From: Candidatus Latescibacterota bacterium
GTDB taxonomy: Bacteria; Latescibacterota; UBA2968; UBA8231
Reading direction: 5' to 3'
NCBI GenBank assembly: GCA_965204725.1
Contig: OZ242005.1
Coordinates: 1,184,001 to 1,248,000, forward strand
Length of the DNA: 64,000 nt
Shown here: in pieces, positions 28,435 to 38,625 of the stretch
Numbering within the stretch: position 1 is the first letter of the stretch
Layout: every line of letters starts with the position of its first letter
Position numbers and translations under genes: made by a program
Notes under the pieces: generated by a model
Told to the model about the DNA's origin: nothing
The model's input: the letters and a program-made list of their open reading frames with translations, nothing else
The model's database searches: none

Positions 28435-28720
28435 TATGCTGGTCAGAAAGCAGGAGGTAATAAGGGCAAGCGGTTTGGACTTTTGTTGTCTTTAGAGGTG
28501 GAAGAAGTTGTGAATGAATATACGTTCTGGTTTGAGGTACGAGACATGTCGGCGTCGAGTTCCTCTTGCATGGAGGAGTTGATTGTTAAGGTACTGCATT
28601 CCAGAAACACTGATTTCTGGATCAGTCCCGCCTCGCCTTCATTGAAGCGTGCGATAGGTCTGGCTATATTGGAGGCCGCTTTGCAATCGCCAAAATTGCG
28701 CCACCCGCGCCTCATTCGCC

Positions 28721-29512
28721 ATGAACGACCTCGAAACGCTACAATACCTATTCGATGTGCAGGGCTATCTGGTGCTCGAAAATGTCCTCGACGCCGGGGA
28801 AGTGGCCGCCCTCAACGACTTGCTCGACGCGCACCTGCCGCCGGCCAAGGGCAACCGCTTTGGGGCCGCCCCCAGCGGCTCGGGCTTTTTGGACTGGGGC
28901 CAGCCCTTCATTGACCTGCTCGACCATCCCCAAATCATGCCCGTGTTGCGCTTCCGCTTGGGCGATTGCTTTCGCCTCGACCGGATCTACGGCTTGTGCC
29001 TGCGCCACGGCATGGCCAGAGGCAGCTTGCACTGCGACTACGGCCCCACGTCGCCCACCTCCGGGGCGCAGCCGGGCCAGTACCACCCCCTGCGCGACAA
29101 CCAAATCCTCAACGGCTTTGTCGTGGCAACTTGGAACTTGACCGACGCCGGGCCGGACTACGGCGGCTTTTGCTGCATTCCCGGTAGCCACAAGAGCCAT
29201 TTCAAACTGCCGCAACCCATTGCCGACGCGCCTGAACAAGCCCCCTGCGTGATCATCCCCTCGGCCCCGGCTGGCTCTGTTACTTTGTTTTCCGAAGCCC
29301 TGACCCACGGGACGACCGCTTGGCGCGGGCACCACCAGCGACGCGCCTTGCTCTACAAATACTGCGTCTCGCAAATGGCTTGGACCAACAGGCGCGTACA
29401 ACGGCCGGCCGACCTAACCCAGCGGCAGCACCTGCTCTTTGGCGAGCCGGCGGATCCGCACCGCTTTTTCCCCTCGCTCTTTGCCGGCGTAGATGAGGGG
29501 CCGAGCGCGTGA
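28721..29512 (+). CDS. PhyH family Fe(II)/2OG dioxygenase (HxD)
   Basis: YLFDVQGYL, LHCD, GGFCCIPGSHK, EALTHGT, RR. Confidence 0.88.
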   Translation: MNDLETLQYLFDVQGYLVLENVLDAGEVAALNDLLDAHLPPAKGNRFGAAPSGSGFLDWGQPFIDLLDHPQIMPVLRFRLGDCFRLDRIYGLCLRHGMARGSLHCDYGPTSPTSGAQPGQYHPLRDNQILNGFVVATWNLTDAGPDYGGFCCIPGSHKSHFKLPQPIADAPEQAPCVIIPSAPAGSVTLFSEALTHGTTAWRGHHQRRALLYKYCVSQMAWTNRRVQRPADLTQRQHLLFGEPADPHRFFPSLFAGVDEGPSA

Positions 29513-29577
29513 GGTCAAGGCCGCTCCCCATCCGATCAAATTAGCACACTGCCTTCACCCATTTCGACGAGGTTCCA

Positions 29578-30363
29578 ATGACCCCCGAACAAGCCCTAGC
29601 AAAACGCCAACAGTTATTGCGCGACGGATTCTGCGTCGTCGATCACATTCTCAGCGACGAATTCCTAGGGGAATTGCGCGACGAGACCGAGCGCATGATG
29701 GAGGACTGGGTGCCGCCGCCCGACTTCAAGTACCAAGGCCAGCACGTCACCGCACGCGGCGAGGACAACCCGACTATCCAGAAATTGCTCGACTGGCCCC
29801 CCACGCGCCGCGCCCTCGACCAAATGGGCTTGGGCGACTTTGCCAGCACGGGCGGCATTATTCTGCTAACGAAAGACCCGGGCGAACCGGCCCTGTATTG
29901 GCACCAAGATTGGATGCAGTGGAACGATCCGTTGAGTTGTTCGCCGTGGCCGCAGATCATTTTTGTGTCCTACTACTTGAGCGATACCTCGCCGGAAAAC
30001 GGCTGTCTCAAAGTCATCCCCGGTACGCACCACAAGCGCGTCCCGCTGCACGATGAAATGGTGCCGGCCCACGAGCAAGGGGCGCGTTTTATAGAAGAAG
30101 ACCACCCAACCATGTTCAGCGATCACCCCGACCAAGTCGATGTCTGCGTCAAGGCCGGCGACTTGGTGCTGGCCGACGCCCGCGTCCTGCACTCGGCGTA
30201 TCGCAACCAGACGGACGAGCGCCGCACGTTGGTGCTGGCTTGGCACCGACGCCCCGAGACCGTTCCCGCTTATTGGACCGACCCCGTGCCGGCCATCATC
30301 GCCGCCCGCGATCCGAAAAAGGAATACCCCGGCTCGCGCATCCCCGGCGAGCTCTTGCAATAG
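29578..30363 (+). CDS. PhyH family Fe(II)/2OG dioxygenase
   Basis: WHQD, ENGCLKVIPGTH, VLHSAYRN...RR. Confidence 0.88.
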   Translation: MTPEQALAKRQQLLRDGFCVVDHILSDEFLGELRDETERMMEDWVPPPDFKYQGQHVTARGEDNPTIQKLLDWPPTRRALDQMGLGDFASTGGIILLTKDPGEPALYWHQDWMQWNDPLSCSPWPQIIFVSYYLSDTSPENGCLKVIPGTHHKRVPLHDEMVPAHEQGARFIEEDHPTMFSDHPDQVDVCVKAGDLVLADARVLHSAYRNQTDERRTLVLAWHRRPETVPAYWTDPVPAIIAARDPKKEYPGSRIPGELLQ

Positions 30364-30384
30364 CAAAATCCAACATGGCCTCTT

Positions 30385-31185
30385 ATGAATCGGTATTCTG
30401 TTGGATACGATGAGCGCACGGTCCGTTTCTTGGCGGACCGCACCGCCGATACGCACGCTCAGTTCCTGCTGGAGTACCTCGCTCCCGGGATGGACCTCTT
30501 GGACGGTGGCTGTGGGCCTGGGACCATAACCAAGGGGCTGGCGGCGATCGTGGCCCCGGGGCGCGTCGTAGGCGTGGACCGAGAACAGAGCCAAATTGCT
30601 CGTGCCCAGTCCCTCGCCGATAGGTCCGCCGCGATTGAGTTCAGAACCGACGATCTGTGCCGCCTGACTGCGGACGACGAGTCGTTTGATGTCGTCTTTG
30701 TCCACGGAGTCCTAGAGCACATCGCCAACCCAGCAGAAGCCCTCCTTGAGATGCGCCGAGTGCTAAAATCGGGCGGACTGGTCGGCTCAAGACACGCCGA
30801 CTTCGGGGGGTTCCTGCTCGAACCCACGCCAGAGCCGCTCGGGCAATTCGCGCCGTTGTTCATTGAGTTGATGAAACGAAATGGGGGCGACCCGTACTTT
30901 GGCCGTCGCCAGTTGGGGCTATTCCGCGAGGCGGGATTCGAGATACTCAAGGTTTCCGCGTCGTACGACTGTTGGACATCGGATGCGGACGCCACGCGGA
31001 AAAACGCGCGCTTTCTTGCGGAGTTGTGCGGGGACTCTGAATTCTCTGATCAGCTTGTGGAATACGGACTAGCGGACAAACGAACCTTGGAGCAGCTAAA
31101 GTCCTCGTTCCTCAGATGGGGGGCGATGCCAGAGGCGTTTGCGGCCGAAGCATGGGGGGAGATCGTCGCTAAGAAGCGTTCTTAA
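30385..31185 (+). CDS. class I SAM-dependent methyltransferase
   Basis: LLDGGCGPGTIT, VVGVD, ESFDVV, VLEH, RRVLKSGG. Confidence 0.9.
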   Translation: MNRYSVGYDERTVRFLADRTADTHAQFLLEYLAPGMDLLDGGCGPGTITKGLAAIVAPGRVVGVDREQSQIARAQSLADRSAAIEFRTDDLCRLTADDESFDVVFVHGVLEHIANPAEALLEMRRVLKSGGLVGSRHADFGGFLLEPTPEPLGQFAPLFIELMKRNGGDPYFGRRQLGLFREAGFEILKVSASYDCWTSDADATRKNARFLAELCGDSEFSDQLVEYGLADKRTLEQLKSSFLRWGAMPEAFAAEAWGEIVAKKRS

Positions 31186-31228
31186 CACTCCTGTTGCTCT
31201 TGGCTCGTCTTGCCTGACGACGCGAGGG

Positions 31229-31315
31229 GTCATTCTCGCGAAAGCGGGAATCCAGCGCCTTGGCCAATCCGCCCTTGGTCGGCCTGTCGTCATTCCCGCG
31301 CACGCGGGAATCCAG
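31229..31315 (+). repeat. two direct copies of CGTC/dRS3-type palindromic repeat
   Basis: gtcattctcgcgaaagcgggaatccag (31229-31255) and cgtcattcccgcgcacgcgggaatccag (31288-31315). Confidence 0.85.
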
Positions 31316-31316
31316 T

Positions 31317-31340
31317 CTTGAAGGATGTAGGATGGCTATA
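31317..31340. repeat. dispersed ~24-bp IS/MITE-end-like motif (copy 2)
   Basis: cttgaaggatgtaggatggctata. Confidence 0.6.
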
Positions 31341-31356
31341 GGTACGCGTTTAAGGG

Positions 31357-31641
31357 GTGAATATGAAGACTCTATGGGACATTGTATGGGAGATTGTCGG
31401 CAGAATAGCGTTTGATGGTGTTCCTTCTCTTTTTAGGCGCGACCTGCCCAAACCCATTCATCGACTGCGGCTAGCAGCATGGACCGTCGTGATTGCTGGC
31501 GCAGTATTATTTTTTTTAACGGATGTGCCCTCATTAGCGGCGCATAGACGCTTGCTCAAAAGCGCGGTCCTTGGCGGCTTGGTCCTTTTTGTCGCGCTCT
31601 TGGTAGCCATGACTCTTCTCGGCAAAAGGTGGAAGCGATAA
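31357..31641 (+). CDS. small membrane protein
   Basis: 94 aa with two hydrophobic segments; AAGGGG RBS (start may be ATG 31363). Confidence 0.55.
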   Translation: MNMKTLWDIVWEIVGRIAFDGVPSLFRRDLPKPIHRLRLAAWTVVIAGAVLFFLTDVPSLAAHRRLLKSAVLGGLVLFVALLVAMTLLGKRWKR

Positions 31642-31740
31642 GGGCGTTTCCAACTCAATAGCAAGTGGGCTACGGCCAAGCGTGTGCATTTTTCGGGGCA
31701 CCCCGACCCAAGACGAAGACATGAGCTGTCAGGCGTACGC

Positions 31741-31797
31741 AAAGGCGTGGTCGTCCAGACTGCTTTGAGGTTCGCAGCGTAGGACAACCACGCCTTT
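31741..31797. terminator. bidirectional terminator-like hairpin
   Basis: aaaggcgtggtcgtcc ... ggacaaccacgccttt between convergent genes. Confidence 0.65.
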
Positions 31798-31824
31798 CTC
31801 GTCGAAGCGGCTGGCGCGCTCAAC

Positions 31825-32415
31825 TTACTCTGCGTTGGCCTCGATCAAGACCTGAATTTTTACTTCATCCCCGAGCACGGCGCTGAAGCGTTCCCAACTA
31901 TTGACTCCGTAGTCGGAGCAGAGCACTGAAAAATTCGTTTCTAGGCCGATCTGCGCCTTGCCGTTGCGCGGATTGGTGCCGGTGCCGAGGATCTCGACGG
32001 GCAGGGTGACCTCTTTGGTGGTGCCGTGCATGGTCAGCTTGCCCTTGACGCTGAGGGTGTTTTCCCCCGTGCTGGTCACTTCGGTCGATTCAAAGGTGAT
32101 CGTCGGATATTTTTCAGCATCAAAAAAGTCGGCATTTCGCAGGTGGCCGTCGCGGCGCTCGTTGCCCGTGTCGATGCTCTTGACCTGAATGGTGCCGGAG
32201 AAGCTCGAAGCTGCGGGCTTGGCGGCGTCGTAGCCGATGGTGCCGCTGAAGTCCCCGAAACGGCCCTTGGTGCGGCTGACGAGGTGGCGAATGCTAAAAT
32301 CGACTGAGGAGTGCGAAGCATCGACCACATAGGTTTCCGCTAAAGTCGCCTCGGCGGTGAGAGCAACTGTCAGGGCGGCAACCCATGCGAAGTGGAGTGC
32401 TTTGGGGCGAGTCAT
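31825..32415 (-). CDS. YceI family lipid/polyisoprenoid-binding protein
   Basis: signal peptide; VDASHSSVDFSIRH, SIDTGNERRDGHLR..DFFDAEKYPTITF, GKLTMHG. Confidence 0.93.
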   Translation of the reverse strand: MTRPKALHFAWVAALTVALTAEATLAETYVVDASHSSVDFSIRHLVSRTKGRFGDFSGTIGYDAAKPAASSFSGTIQVKSIDTGNERRDGHLRNADFFDAEKYPTITFESTEVTSTGENTLSVKGKLTMHGTTKEVTLPVEILGTGTNPRNGKAQIGLETNFSVLCSDYGVNSWERFSAVLGDEVKIQVLIEANAE

Positions 32416-32640
32416 GGAATCCTCCTTGGCTGTTGATGTGAGCGTGAATCAGGCGTTTTACCTAAAGACGCCTTTTGCTATACTAAAAACTTGGTGTAAG
32501 TAAGATGTGAACCCATAGCGGCCGGGGCAAATCGCCCAGCAAGAGACGGCGAGGATCAACCTCCCCGTTCATCCATGGATTTTCTTGACCAAGACGACCC
32601 TATTGGGCTTATTTGTATTACCTGAAGAAAGGAGACCGTC

Positions 32641-32871
32641 ATGATGATCATTCGCGGAAAAACCGAGAGGGAAGCTCTTGAGGAGGTTCAGCGGCGTAGG
32701 AATACGCCGGAAGGAGCAGAGCTAATCTATAAAATCGTCGAATCGCGCTTTGGCAACGGGTTTGATATTGTGGCCATGGACCCAGATCTGTACGTGGGGA
32801 TGCTGACGGGCGAGTTGCCGACCATTCCCCAACTTAGAGGGAGCTCGCTGCTGGGCAGGATGGGCATCTGA
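32641..32871 (+). CDS. hypothetical protein
   Basis: 76 aa; strong AAAGGAG RBS; TGATG overlap with next gene. Confidence 0.6.
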   Translation: MMIIRGKTEREALEEVQRRRNTPEGAELIYKIVESRFGNGFDIVAMDPDLYVGMLTGELPTIPQLRGSSLLGRMGI

Positions 32872-33284
32872 TGGTGTCGCAGCCTGACAAGACTAGCGAC
32901 GGAGACAAGCAGCAAGAAGTAGTTGCCGCCGATGACAGGCAATATAATCTTGCGGCCGACATAGTAGCCATACAGCGCGAACGGAATGATCTTGCTGGCC
33001 GCTTCTTGGAAATTGGCCAACAAGAGAACCAACGCCATTACGCTTTTCTTTCCGAACAGCTAAAAGTACAAGACGAGCAGAACAAGAGAGCCCACCGGCT
33101 AGTGAAGCTAATCGTTGGCGGCGTTGGGGTCGTACTGTTTCTGCTATTGTACATGGTGTTTTTCGGGAGCGAGGCCCAAGTCGGCAAGGCCGAGAAAATC
33201 CTGACCGAGGGGGCCAAAGCACTCGGCGGTGCTGGTTTTATATTTCTTGTATATGGCGGCCTAAAGCGCCTCATTAATCGCTAG
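32871..33284 (+). CDS. coiled-coil plus two-TM membrane protein
   Basis: 137 aa; polar helical N-terminus then two hydrophobic segments; translationally coupled. Confidence 0.65.
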   Translation: MVSQPDKTSDGDKQQEVVAADDRQYNLAADIVAIQRERNDLAGRFLEIGQQENQRHYAFLSEQLKVQDEQNKRAHRLVKLIVGGVGVVLFLLLYMVFFGSEAQVGKAEKILTEGAKALGGAGFIFLVYGGLKRLINR

Positions 33285-33413
33285 CTCTTAGTCTATAACT
33301 TATACTCCCTCATTGACGTCCGATCCTATCGTAGGAGTGGGCCGTTGATGGGGGTTATTTTTTATTAACTACGCGCTGTTCGGTGCGCCGGTGCTGCGAG
33401 AAGGGGATGCAAA

Positions 33414-34247
33414 ATGAAGCTGGGGATTTTTCACAAGGTTTTTGCGCGGCCCACGCTGGAGGAAAGCCTCGACGGAGTGCAGGCCGCTGGCTTGGAGGCC
33501 GTGCAGCTCGATTTGACGGTCGCTGGGATCGATCCGGCGGTGCTGACGGACGCCGATTGCGAGCGCATTCGCGCCGCGCATGCAACGCGGGGTATTGAGA
33601 TCGCCGCGCTGTCGGGGACCTTCAATATTATTGATCCCGACTTGGAAAAACGCCGCGCCGGGATGCGCTGGCTCGCCGCGCTGGCCGCTGTAAGCGGCAA
33701 GTTAGGCACCGAGTTGATCACGTTCTGCACGGGCACGCGCAACCCCGACTCTATGTGGGGAGGCCATCCCGACAACAGTACGCCAGCCGCTTGGGCCGAG
33801 ATGGTCGCGGCCATGGAGGAAGCCGTGGCGGTCGCCGAGGCGCGGGGCGCGACCCTCGCGTTTGAGCCGGAGGTCAACAATGTGGTGGATTCGGCGCGAA
33901 AGGCGCGGTACTTGCTCGACGAAGTGCAATCCAAGCATTTGCAAGTGGTTATCGACGGAGCCAACCTGTTCCACGCCGGCGAGTTGCCGAGGATGCGCGC
34001 GGTCTTAGACGAGGCGTTCGACTGGCTCGGGGATTCGATTCGGCTGGCCCACGCCAAGGACTTGGAGCGGGACGGCGACGCCGGGCACCAAGCCGCGGGC
34101 ACGGGTTTGCTCGACTACGATTACTACTTGGCGCTCTTGCGGCAGATAGGCTTTGACGGGTCGTTGATATTGCACAGCCTAGAGGAAGGGCAAGTGGCGG
34201 CGTCCGCGGCTTTTGTGCGCGAGCGGATGGAGGGAACGGGACACTAG
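33414..34247 (+). CDS. sugar phosphate isomerase/epimerase (xylose isomerase-like TIM barrel)
   Basis: LAFEPE, VIDGAN, LAHAKD, GTGLLDY, GFDG. Confidence 0.88.
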   Translation: MKLGIFHKVFARPTLEESLDGVQAAGLEAVQLDLTVAGIDPAVLTDADCERIRAAHATRGIEIAALSGTFNIIDPDLEKRRAGMRWLAALAAVSGKLGTELITFCTGTRNPDSMWGGHPDNSTPAAWAEMVAAMEEAVAVAEARGATLAFEPEVNNVVDSARKARYLLDEVQSKHLQVVIDGANLFHAGELPRMRAVLDEAFDWLGDSIRLAHAKDLERDGDAGHQAAGTGLLDYDYYLALLRQIGFDGSLILHSLEEGQVAASAAFVRERMEGTGH

Positions 34248-34375
34248 CCTTGCATGACCCGTCCTAGTCGGTGACAATGTCTGTAATGTTGGAGATGCCG
34301 TACCCTCCTTGACGGCACCGAAAACAACGTGCTACGGCAAAGCAGTGTCGATTAAAAAAAGGAGTACGCTCAACG

Positions 34376-36490
34376 GTGCCTGAACGCGACGCCCAACTAC
34401 TAAGCGAGGATACCCAAGCGACTGTTTCCGCGACGAACCTTCTCGAGCGGCTCGACCTCGAGCGGCTCGGCCTCTCCAACCGCCTCGCCGCCAACCCCAA
34501 GCGGCGCGCTGATCTCGGACAGTTTTTTACGCCAGCAAGCGTGGCCCACTTCATGGCCGCGATGTTGCAGGTTCCGAACCCCCCCAAGGATCTGTGCCTC
34601 CTTGATGCCGGAGGAGGTAGCGGCGTTCTCACGGCTGCGGTCGTCGCTGAACTCTGCGCTCGGCCGCGGAGTAAGCGACCTCAATCCCTCCGTGCCACAG
34701 TCTGGGAGATTGATGAGTTGCTCGCCGAGGATTTGGCTCACGCTTTCGAGTGCTGTAGGGCCGTATGCCGCGCGGCCGGCGTCAAGTTCATCGGCGAGTT
34801 GCGCCAGAAGAACTTCATTCTCGACGCGGCCGACTTGCTCGTCGAGGGGCTTTTCACCGCCAAGGATCACCCGCGCTTCCGCGTGGCGATCATCAACCCT
34901 CCGTACCGCAAGCTCAGAAGCGACAGCGGGGAGCGGTCGAGAATGAGCTCCATTGGGATCGAAACCAGCAACCTCTACTCAGCCTTCGTCTGGCTTGCCC
35001 TTGAACTCCTCGAAGATGGTGGCGAACTCGTGGCGATTACGCCGCGGAGCTTCATGAACGGCTCCTATTTCCGTCCGTTCCGCCAAGTGCTTTCTCGAAA
35101 GCTCGCCTTCCGCCGAGTTCATGTTTACGACGCCCGCGACGTCGCCTTTGCTGGCGATGATGTCCTGCAGGAGAACGTGATCTTTCACGGCATCCGGGGC
35201 GGCATCCGCGGGAAGGTCAAGATCACAACCTCTTTGGGGCCAGCCGACGGTGGTCTCGCCGAGCGGACCATCAGTCCGACTGAACTGATCTTGCCCCACG
35301 ACCCGGAATGCATGCTGCATGTAGTTCCAGACGAAATAGATGCGCGGATCGCCGAGCAGATGCGGGGGCTCCCGCACACACTCGCTGAGCTCGGCGTAGC
35401 GGTCTCCACCGGCCGCGTGGTCGGCTTCCGGGCAAAAGATCGCCTGCGCGTCAAGGCTGGGGCCGGGGCCTCACCCTTGATTTTCCCCAGACACTTTGCC
35501 GGTGGTTTTGTGGCTTGGCCCGAACCCTCTAGCTCGAAGCCCAACGCCTTGGCTGCGACCAGTCCCAACGACAACCTCCTGCTTCCGGCTGGTTGGTACG
35601 TCTTAATTAATCGCTTCAGCGCCAAGGAGGATAAGCGGCGAGTGGCCGCTGCGCTCTACGATCCCGCTCGCATCAATGCTGAGAACGTGGCTTTCGATAA
35701 CAAGTTGAACTTCCTGCACCGCAAGAATGCTGGCCTTCCCAAGAACTTGGCTAAGGGCCTCGCGGTCTTCTTGAATAGCACGGCGGTCGATGCATACTTC
35801 CGCCAGTTCAGTGGCCATACTCAAGTCAACGCCAGCGATCTGCGCTCGCTGCGGTTCCCAAGTGCCGAAGAACTCGACCGGCTAGGCCGGCGTCTAGGTC
35901 GCTCAATGCCAGCACAGGACGAGATTGACCAACTAATCAGAGAGGAGATTACCGCGATGGGTGAAGGAGACGACCCGGTAAAGATAAAACGGCGGGTCCA
36001 GACGGCCGAAGACATCCTGAAAGCGCTAGAGGTGCCGAGAGGACAACGAAACGAACGATCGGCTCTCACGCTCCTTGGGCTGCTCAACCTCGATCCTCTG
36101 GCTGCGTGGTCCTCGGCTAGCGCACCGTTGCGTGGCGTCACCGAACTCATGGACTGGATGGCCGCAAACTACGGTAAGCAGTACGCACCCAACACGAGAG
36201 AGACCATCCGTCGCTTCACGCTCCACCAGTTCATTGAGATGGGCTTGGTCCTTCTCAACCCGGACGACCCCAAGCGACCCCCCAACAGCCCAAAGAACGT
36301 TTACCAACTCGAGCGGTCCGCGCTCGAGTTACTTCAGTGCTTTGAGACGGATCAGTGGGATGTCAATCTAGCGACTTACCGCAAGTCAATGGGAGACAAA
36401 AACCGCTTGCGTGAGAAGGCGCGACAGATGGAGCGCATTCCGGTCGTGCTGCCGGGCGGTCAGAAGTTCGAGCTCACCGCCGGTGGATGA
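34376..36490 (+). CDS. BsuBI/PstI-like N6-adenine MTase fused to the N-terminal half of its REase; nuclease domain missing
   Basis: LGQFFTP, LLDAGGGSG, INPPYRK, FRQFSGHTQVNASDL; then QRNERSALTLL, YAPNTRETIRRFTLHQF, PPNSPK..Y; stops at IPVVLPGGQKFELTAGG. Confidence 0.85.
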   Translation: MPERDAQLLSEDTQATVSATNLLERLDLERLGLSNRLAANPKRRADLGQFFTPASVAHFMAAMLQVPNPPKDLCLLDAGGGSGVLTAAVVAELCARPRSKRPQSLRATVWEIDELLAEDLAHAFECCRAVCRAAGVKFIGELRQKNFILDAADLLVEGLFTAKDHPRFRVAIINPPYRKLRSDSGERSRMSSIGIETSNLYSAFVWLALELLEDGGELVAITPRSFMNGSYFRPFRQVLSRKLAFRRVHVYDARDVAFAGDDVLQENVIFHGIRGGIRGKVKITTSLGPADGGLAERTISPTELILPHDPECMLHVVPDEIDARIAEQMRGLPHTLAELGVAVSTGRVVGFRAKDRLRVKAGAGASPLIFPRHFAGGFVAWPEPSSSKPNALAATSPNDNLLLPAGWYVLINRFSAKEDKRRVAAALYDPARINAENVAFDNKLNFLHRKNAGLPKNLAKGLAVFLNSTAVDAYFRQFSGHTQVNASDLRSLRFPSAEELDRLGRRLGRSMPAQDEIDQLIREEITAMGEGDDPVKIKRRVQTAEDILKALEVPRGQRNERSALTLLGLLNLDPLAAWSSASAPLRGVTELMDWMAANYGKQYAPNTRETIRRFTLHQFIEMGLVLLNPDDPKRPPNSPKNVYQLERSALELLQCFETDQWDVNLATYRKSMGDKNRLREKARQMERIPVVLPGGQKFELTAGG

Positions 36491-36511
36491 AATTTGAGAA
36501 AGGAACGAAAA

Positions 36512-37540
36512 ATGTCTGAAGGCAAATTGCGGGCGGCCGTTATTGGTGCTGGCGTGGGTGGGGGCCATGGATACGCTTATGCCCGCGCCCCAGAATACGA
36601 ACTCGTGGCGGTCTGCGACATAAACCCAGAGGTGTTCGGGCGCTTTTACGAGCGGGCTGAGATCGAGCCGGGGCCGATCTCCGAATACGCAGATTACCGC
36701 GCGATGTTAGAGCGGGAATCGCTCGACGTGGTGAGCGTGGCTACCCCGGATCACCTCCACGCCGACCCGGTTTGCGATGCGCTGGCCGCAGGGGTGCGCG
36801 GCATTTTCTGCGAGAAGCCGCTCGCGACTACGGTGGAGGACGCCGACCGCATTATCGACGCGCTCGCCCGCCACGACGCGGCGTTGTCGGTTGATCACAC
36901 GCGCAGTTGGCTGCCCTCCTATCAGGCCGTGCGCGCGGCCATCCGCAGCGGCGAGATCGGCAGCCTGACGAGAATTGTGGCGCATCTGGGAGGCCGGCGC
37001 GCCATGCTCTTTCGCAATGGGACGCACTTGGTGGACGCGGTGTGCTTTTTTGCGGACGCCGACCCGGTGTGGGTGATCGCCGCGCACGAGCGCGGGTTTG
37101 AAAAGTACGGCCCGGTGTACGACGGTCGGGGCGGCAAGGATCCGCAATTCGATCCCGGATCGACGATCATCGTGGAGTTTGCCAATGGGGTGCGCGGGCT
37201 GATCAATTGCGCCAAGCGGACGCCGCAGATGTTCGAGCTGGACCTACAGGGCATGGCCGGTCGCTTCTGGGTGACCGATCAGCAATGCACGGCTTGGAAG
37301 ACGGCTGCCGCGGAGGGGACGCCTGAGCCTGCGTCGCCGCCGCCGGGCCGAGGGTATGCCAGTCCGTTTGGCGCGAACTTGATTCCGGCCGTACAGGAGC
37401 TGGCGCAGGCGGTGCGGGGCGACGCGCCCAGCTCGTCGCCGGCCGTGCGCGGTCGGCATGTGCTGGAGATCATGGTAGCCGCGCTGCGGTCGCAGGCTGC
37501 GGGAAGTGCGAAGGTGGAACTGCCGCTGCCGAGAAGGTGA
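36512..37540 (+). CDS. Gfo/Idh/MocA family oxidoreductase
   Basis: LRAAVIGAG, IFCEKPLA, RNGTH; paralog of 18104-19090; AAAGGA RBS. Confidence 0.9.
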   Translation: MSEGKLRAAVIGAGVGGGHGYAYARAPEYELVAVCDINPEVFGRFYERAEIEPGPISEYADYRAMLERESLDVVSVATPDHLHADPVCDALAAGVRGIFCEKPLATTVEDADRIIDALARHDAALSVDHTRSWLPSYQAVRAAIRSGEIGSLTRIVAHLGGRRAMLFRNGTHLVDAVCFFADADPVWVIAAHERGFEKYGPVYDGRGGKDPQFDPGSTIIVEFANGVRGLINCAKRTPQMFELDLQGMAGRFWVTDQQCTAWKTAAAEGTPEPASPPPGRGYASPFGANLIPAVQELAQAVRGDAPSSSPAVRGRHVLEIMVAALRSQAAGSAKVELPLPRR

Positions 37541-37553
37541 CGGGGGCTGAAGG

Positions 37554-38549
37554 CTATCCAACCGGTCGGCGCATCATCGCCAAAAATCGCTGGGCATTCC
37601 CGGCAAAGTGGTCTTCGATTTCCGCGGGCGTTAGTTGGAGCATCTCGGCCACTTGGCGCTCTTGGCGCAGTTGCTCGTAGATGACGAGCGTGGCGCGCGA
37701 GTCGCAGTGCGGGGTGCCAGCCTCGTCGCCGGGATAGAACAGCCAAGCGCGGCCATAGGTGATGTACTTGCCGCGCGCACAGCCGGCGACCACGTTGTCC
37801 GACCCGAACAGCACCCGCTTGCGGTCTTCGTGTTTCATCAGCAAATAGTGAGCATATAGGTCGTTCACCGCCGAGGTGTCGTACCATATATTGGGCAGAT
37901 CGCACAGAAAGTGGACGGCCTCTTCCATCATAAAGGAATTGAACGAGCGGGCGCAGTGGGCCAAAATCCACTGCGCGTTGGGGTATTCGCGGGTGTAGTG
38001 GGCTAAGTCGCGCTGGTTGTCTGGGTCGGCGGGGCCGGTGGGTTTGGCGAGGTGCATGGTGATGGCCAACCGCTTGTGGTGAGCGACTTCGATGAGGGCT
38101 TCGGGGAGGAAGTCGCAGATGCGGGCACCGACCGGGTCGGGGGCGAAGGTGCGATAGGGCTTGAGGCCAAAGAAGCCGTGCTCATCGACTTGGGCCGCCA
38201 CGTATTCGGGAGTCATGTCTGGAGTGACCATCATGTTGACTGCGGATTCCGGGTCGGCCGCGAGTTGGGCCGCCAGCCAAGCGTTGTGCCCGGCCGCGTC
38301 CATGCCCGGCATCGGGGTGCCCAAGGCCAGCAGGTGGAAGGTGCGGCCCGGGTAGAGTTTGGCCGCCCAGTCGAGGTGGTCGCGGTAGTCGATCTCCGTG
38401 CGGAGGCCGGTCGGCTCGCCCGTCAAGGAGCCGCGGTGGGCCTCAGACCACAGGTGCGTGTGCATGTCGTAGATCGTGGCGGGGACGAAGTCTTCAAGCT
38501 CTTGCTCCCAGAGCTGGCGGTCGAAGTCTCGATAGCTAAAAGCGGTCAT
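37554..38549 (-). CDS. amidohydrolase family protein
   Basis: DMHTH, ITMH, ILAHCAR, WYDTS, VLFGSD. Confidence 0.85.
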   Translation of the reverse strand: MTAFSYRDFDRQLWEQELEDFVPATIYDMHTHLWSEAHRGSLTGEPTGLRTEIDYRDHLDWAAKLYPGRTFHLLALGTPMPGMDAAGHNAWLAAQLAADPESAVNMMVTPDMTPEYVAAQVDEHGFFGLKPYRTFAPDPVGARICDFLPEALIEVAHHKRLAITMHLAKPTGPADPDNQRDLAHYTREYPNAQWILAHCARSFNSFMMEEAVHFLCDLPNIWYDTSAVNDLYAHYLLMKHEDRKRVLFGSDNVVAGCARGKYITYGRAWLFYPGDEAGTPHCDSRATLVIYEQLRQERQVAEMLQLTPAEIEDHFAGNAQRFLAMMRRPVG

Positions 38550-38625
38550 GGCGTGTGCTCCTAAGCGGCGCGTTTGACAGAGAACGGCAGGCAACCTACT
38601 GTTGCCCCCAAGGAGGAAATCCTAA

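Noticed and set aside
28443-28715. ORFs downstream of the helicase as a second system component
   Set aside because: No convincing start or motif; the + strand ORF runs out of frame into PhyH. At most a degraded remnant.
24361-28720. CRISPR array or further cas genes near cas3
   Set aside because: No regularly spaced 25-40-bp repeats with unique spacers and no other Cas motifs were seen.
36488-36490. Selenocysteine or readthrough at the TGA ending the BsuBI fusion
   Set aside because: Downstream sequence is the RBS and start of an unrelated oxidoreductase, not the nuclease domain.
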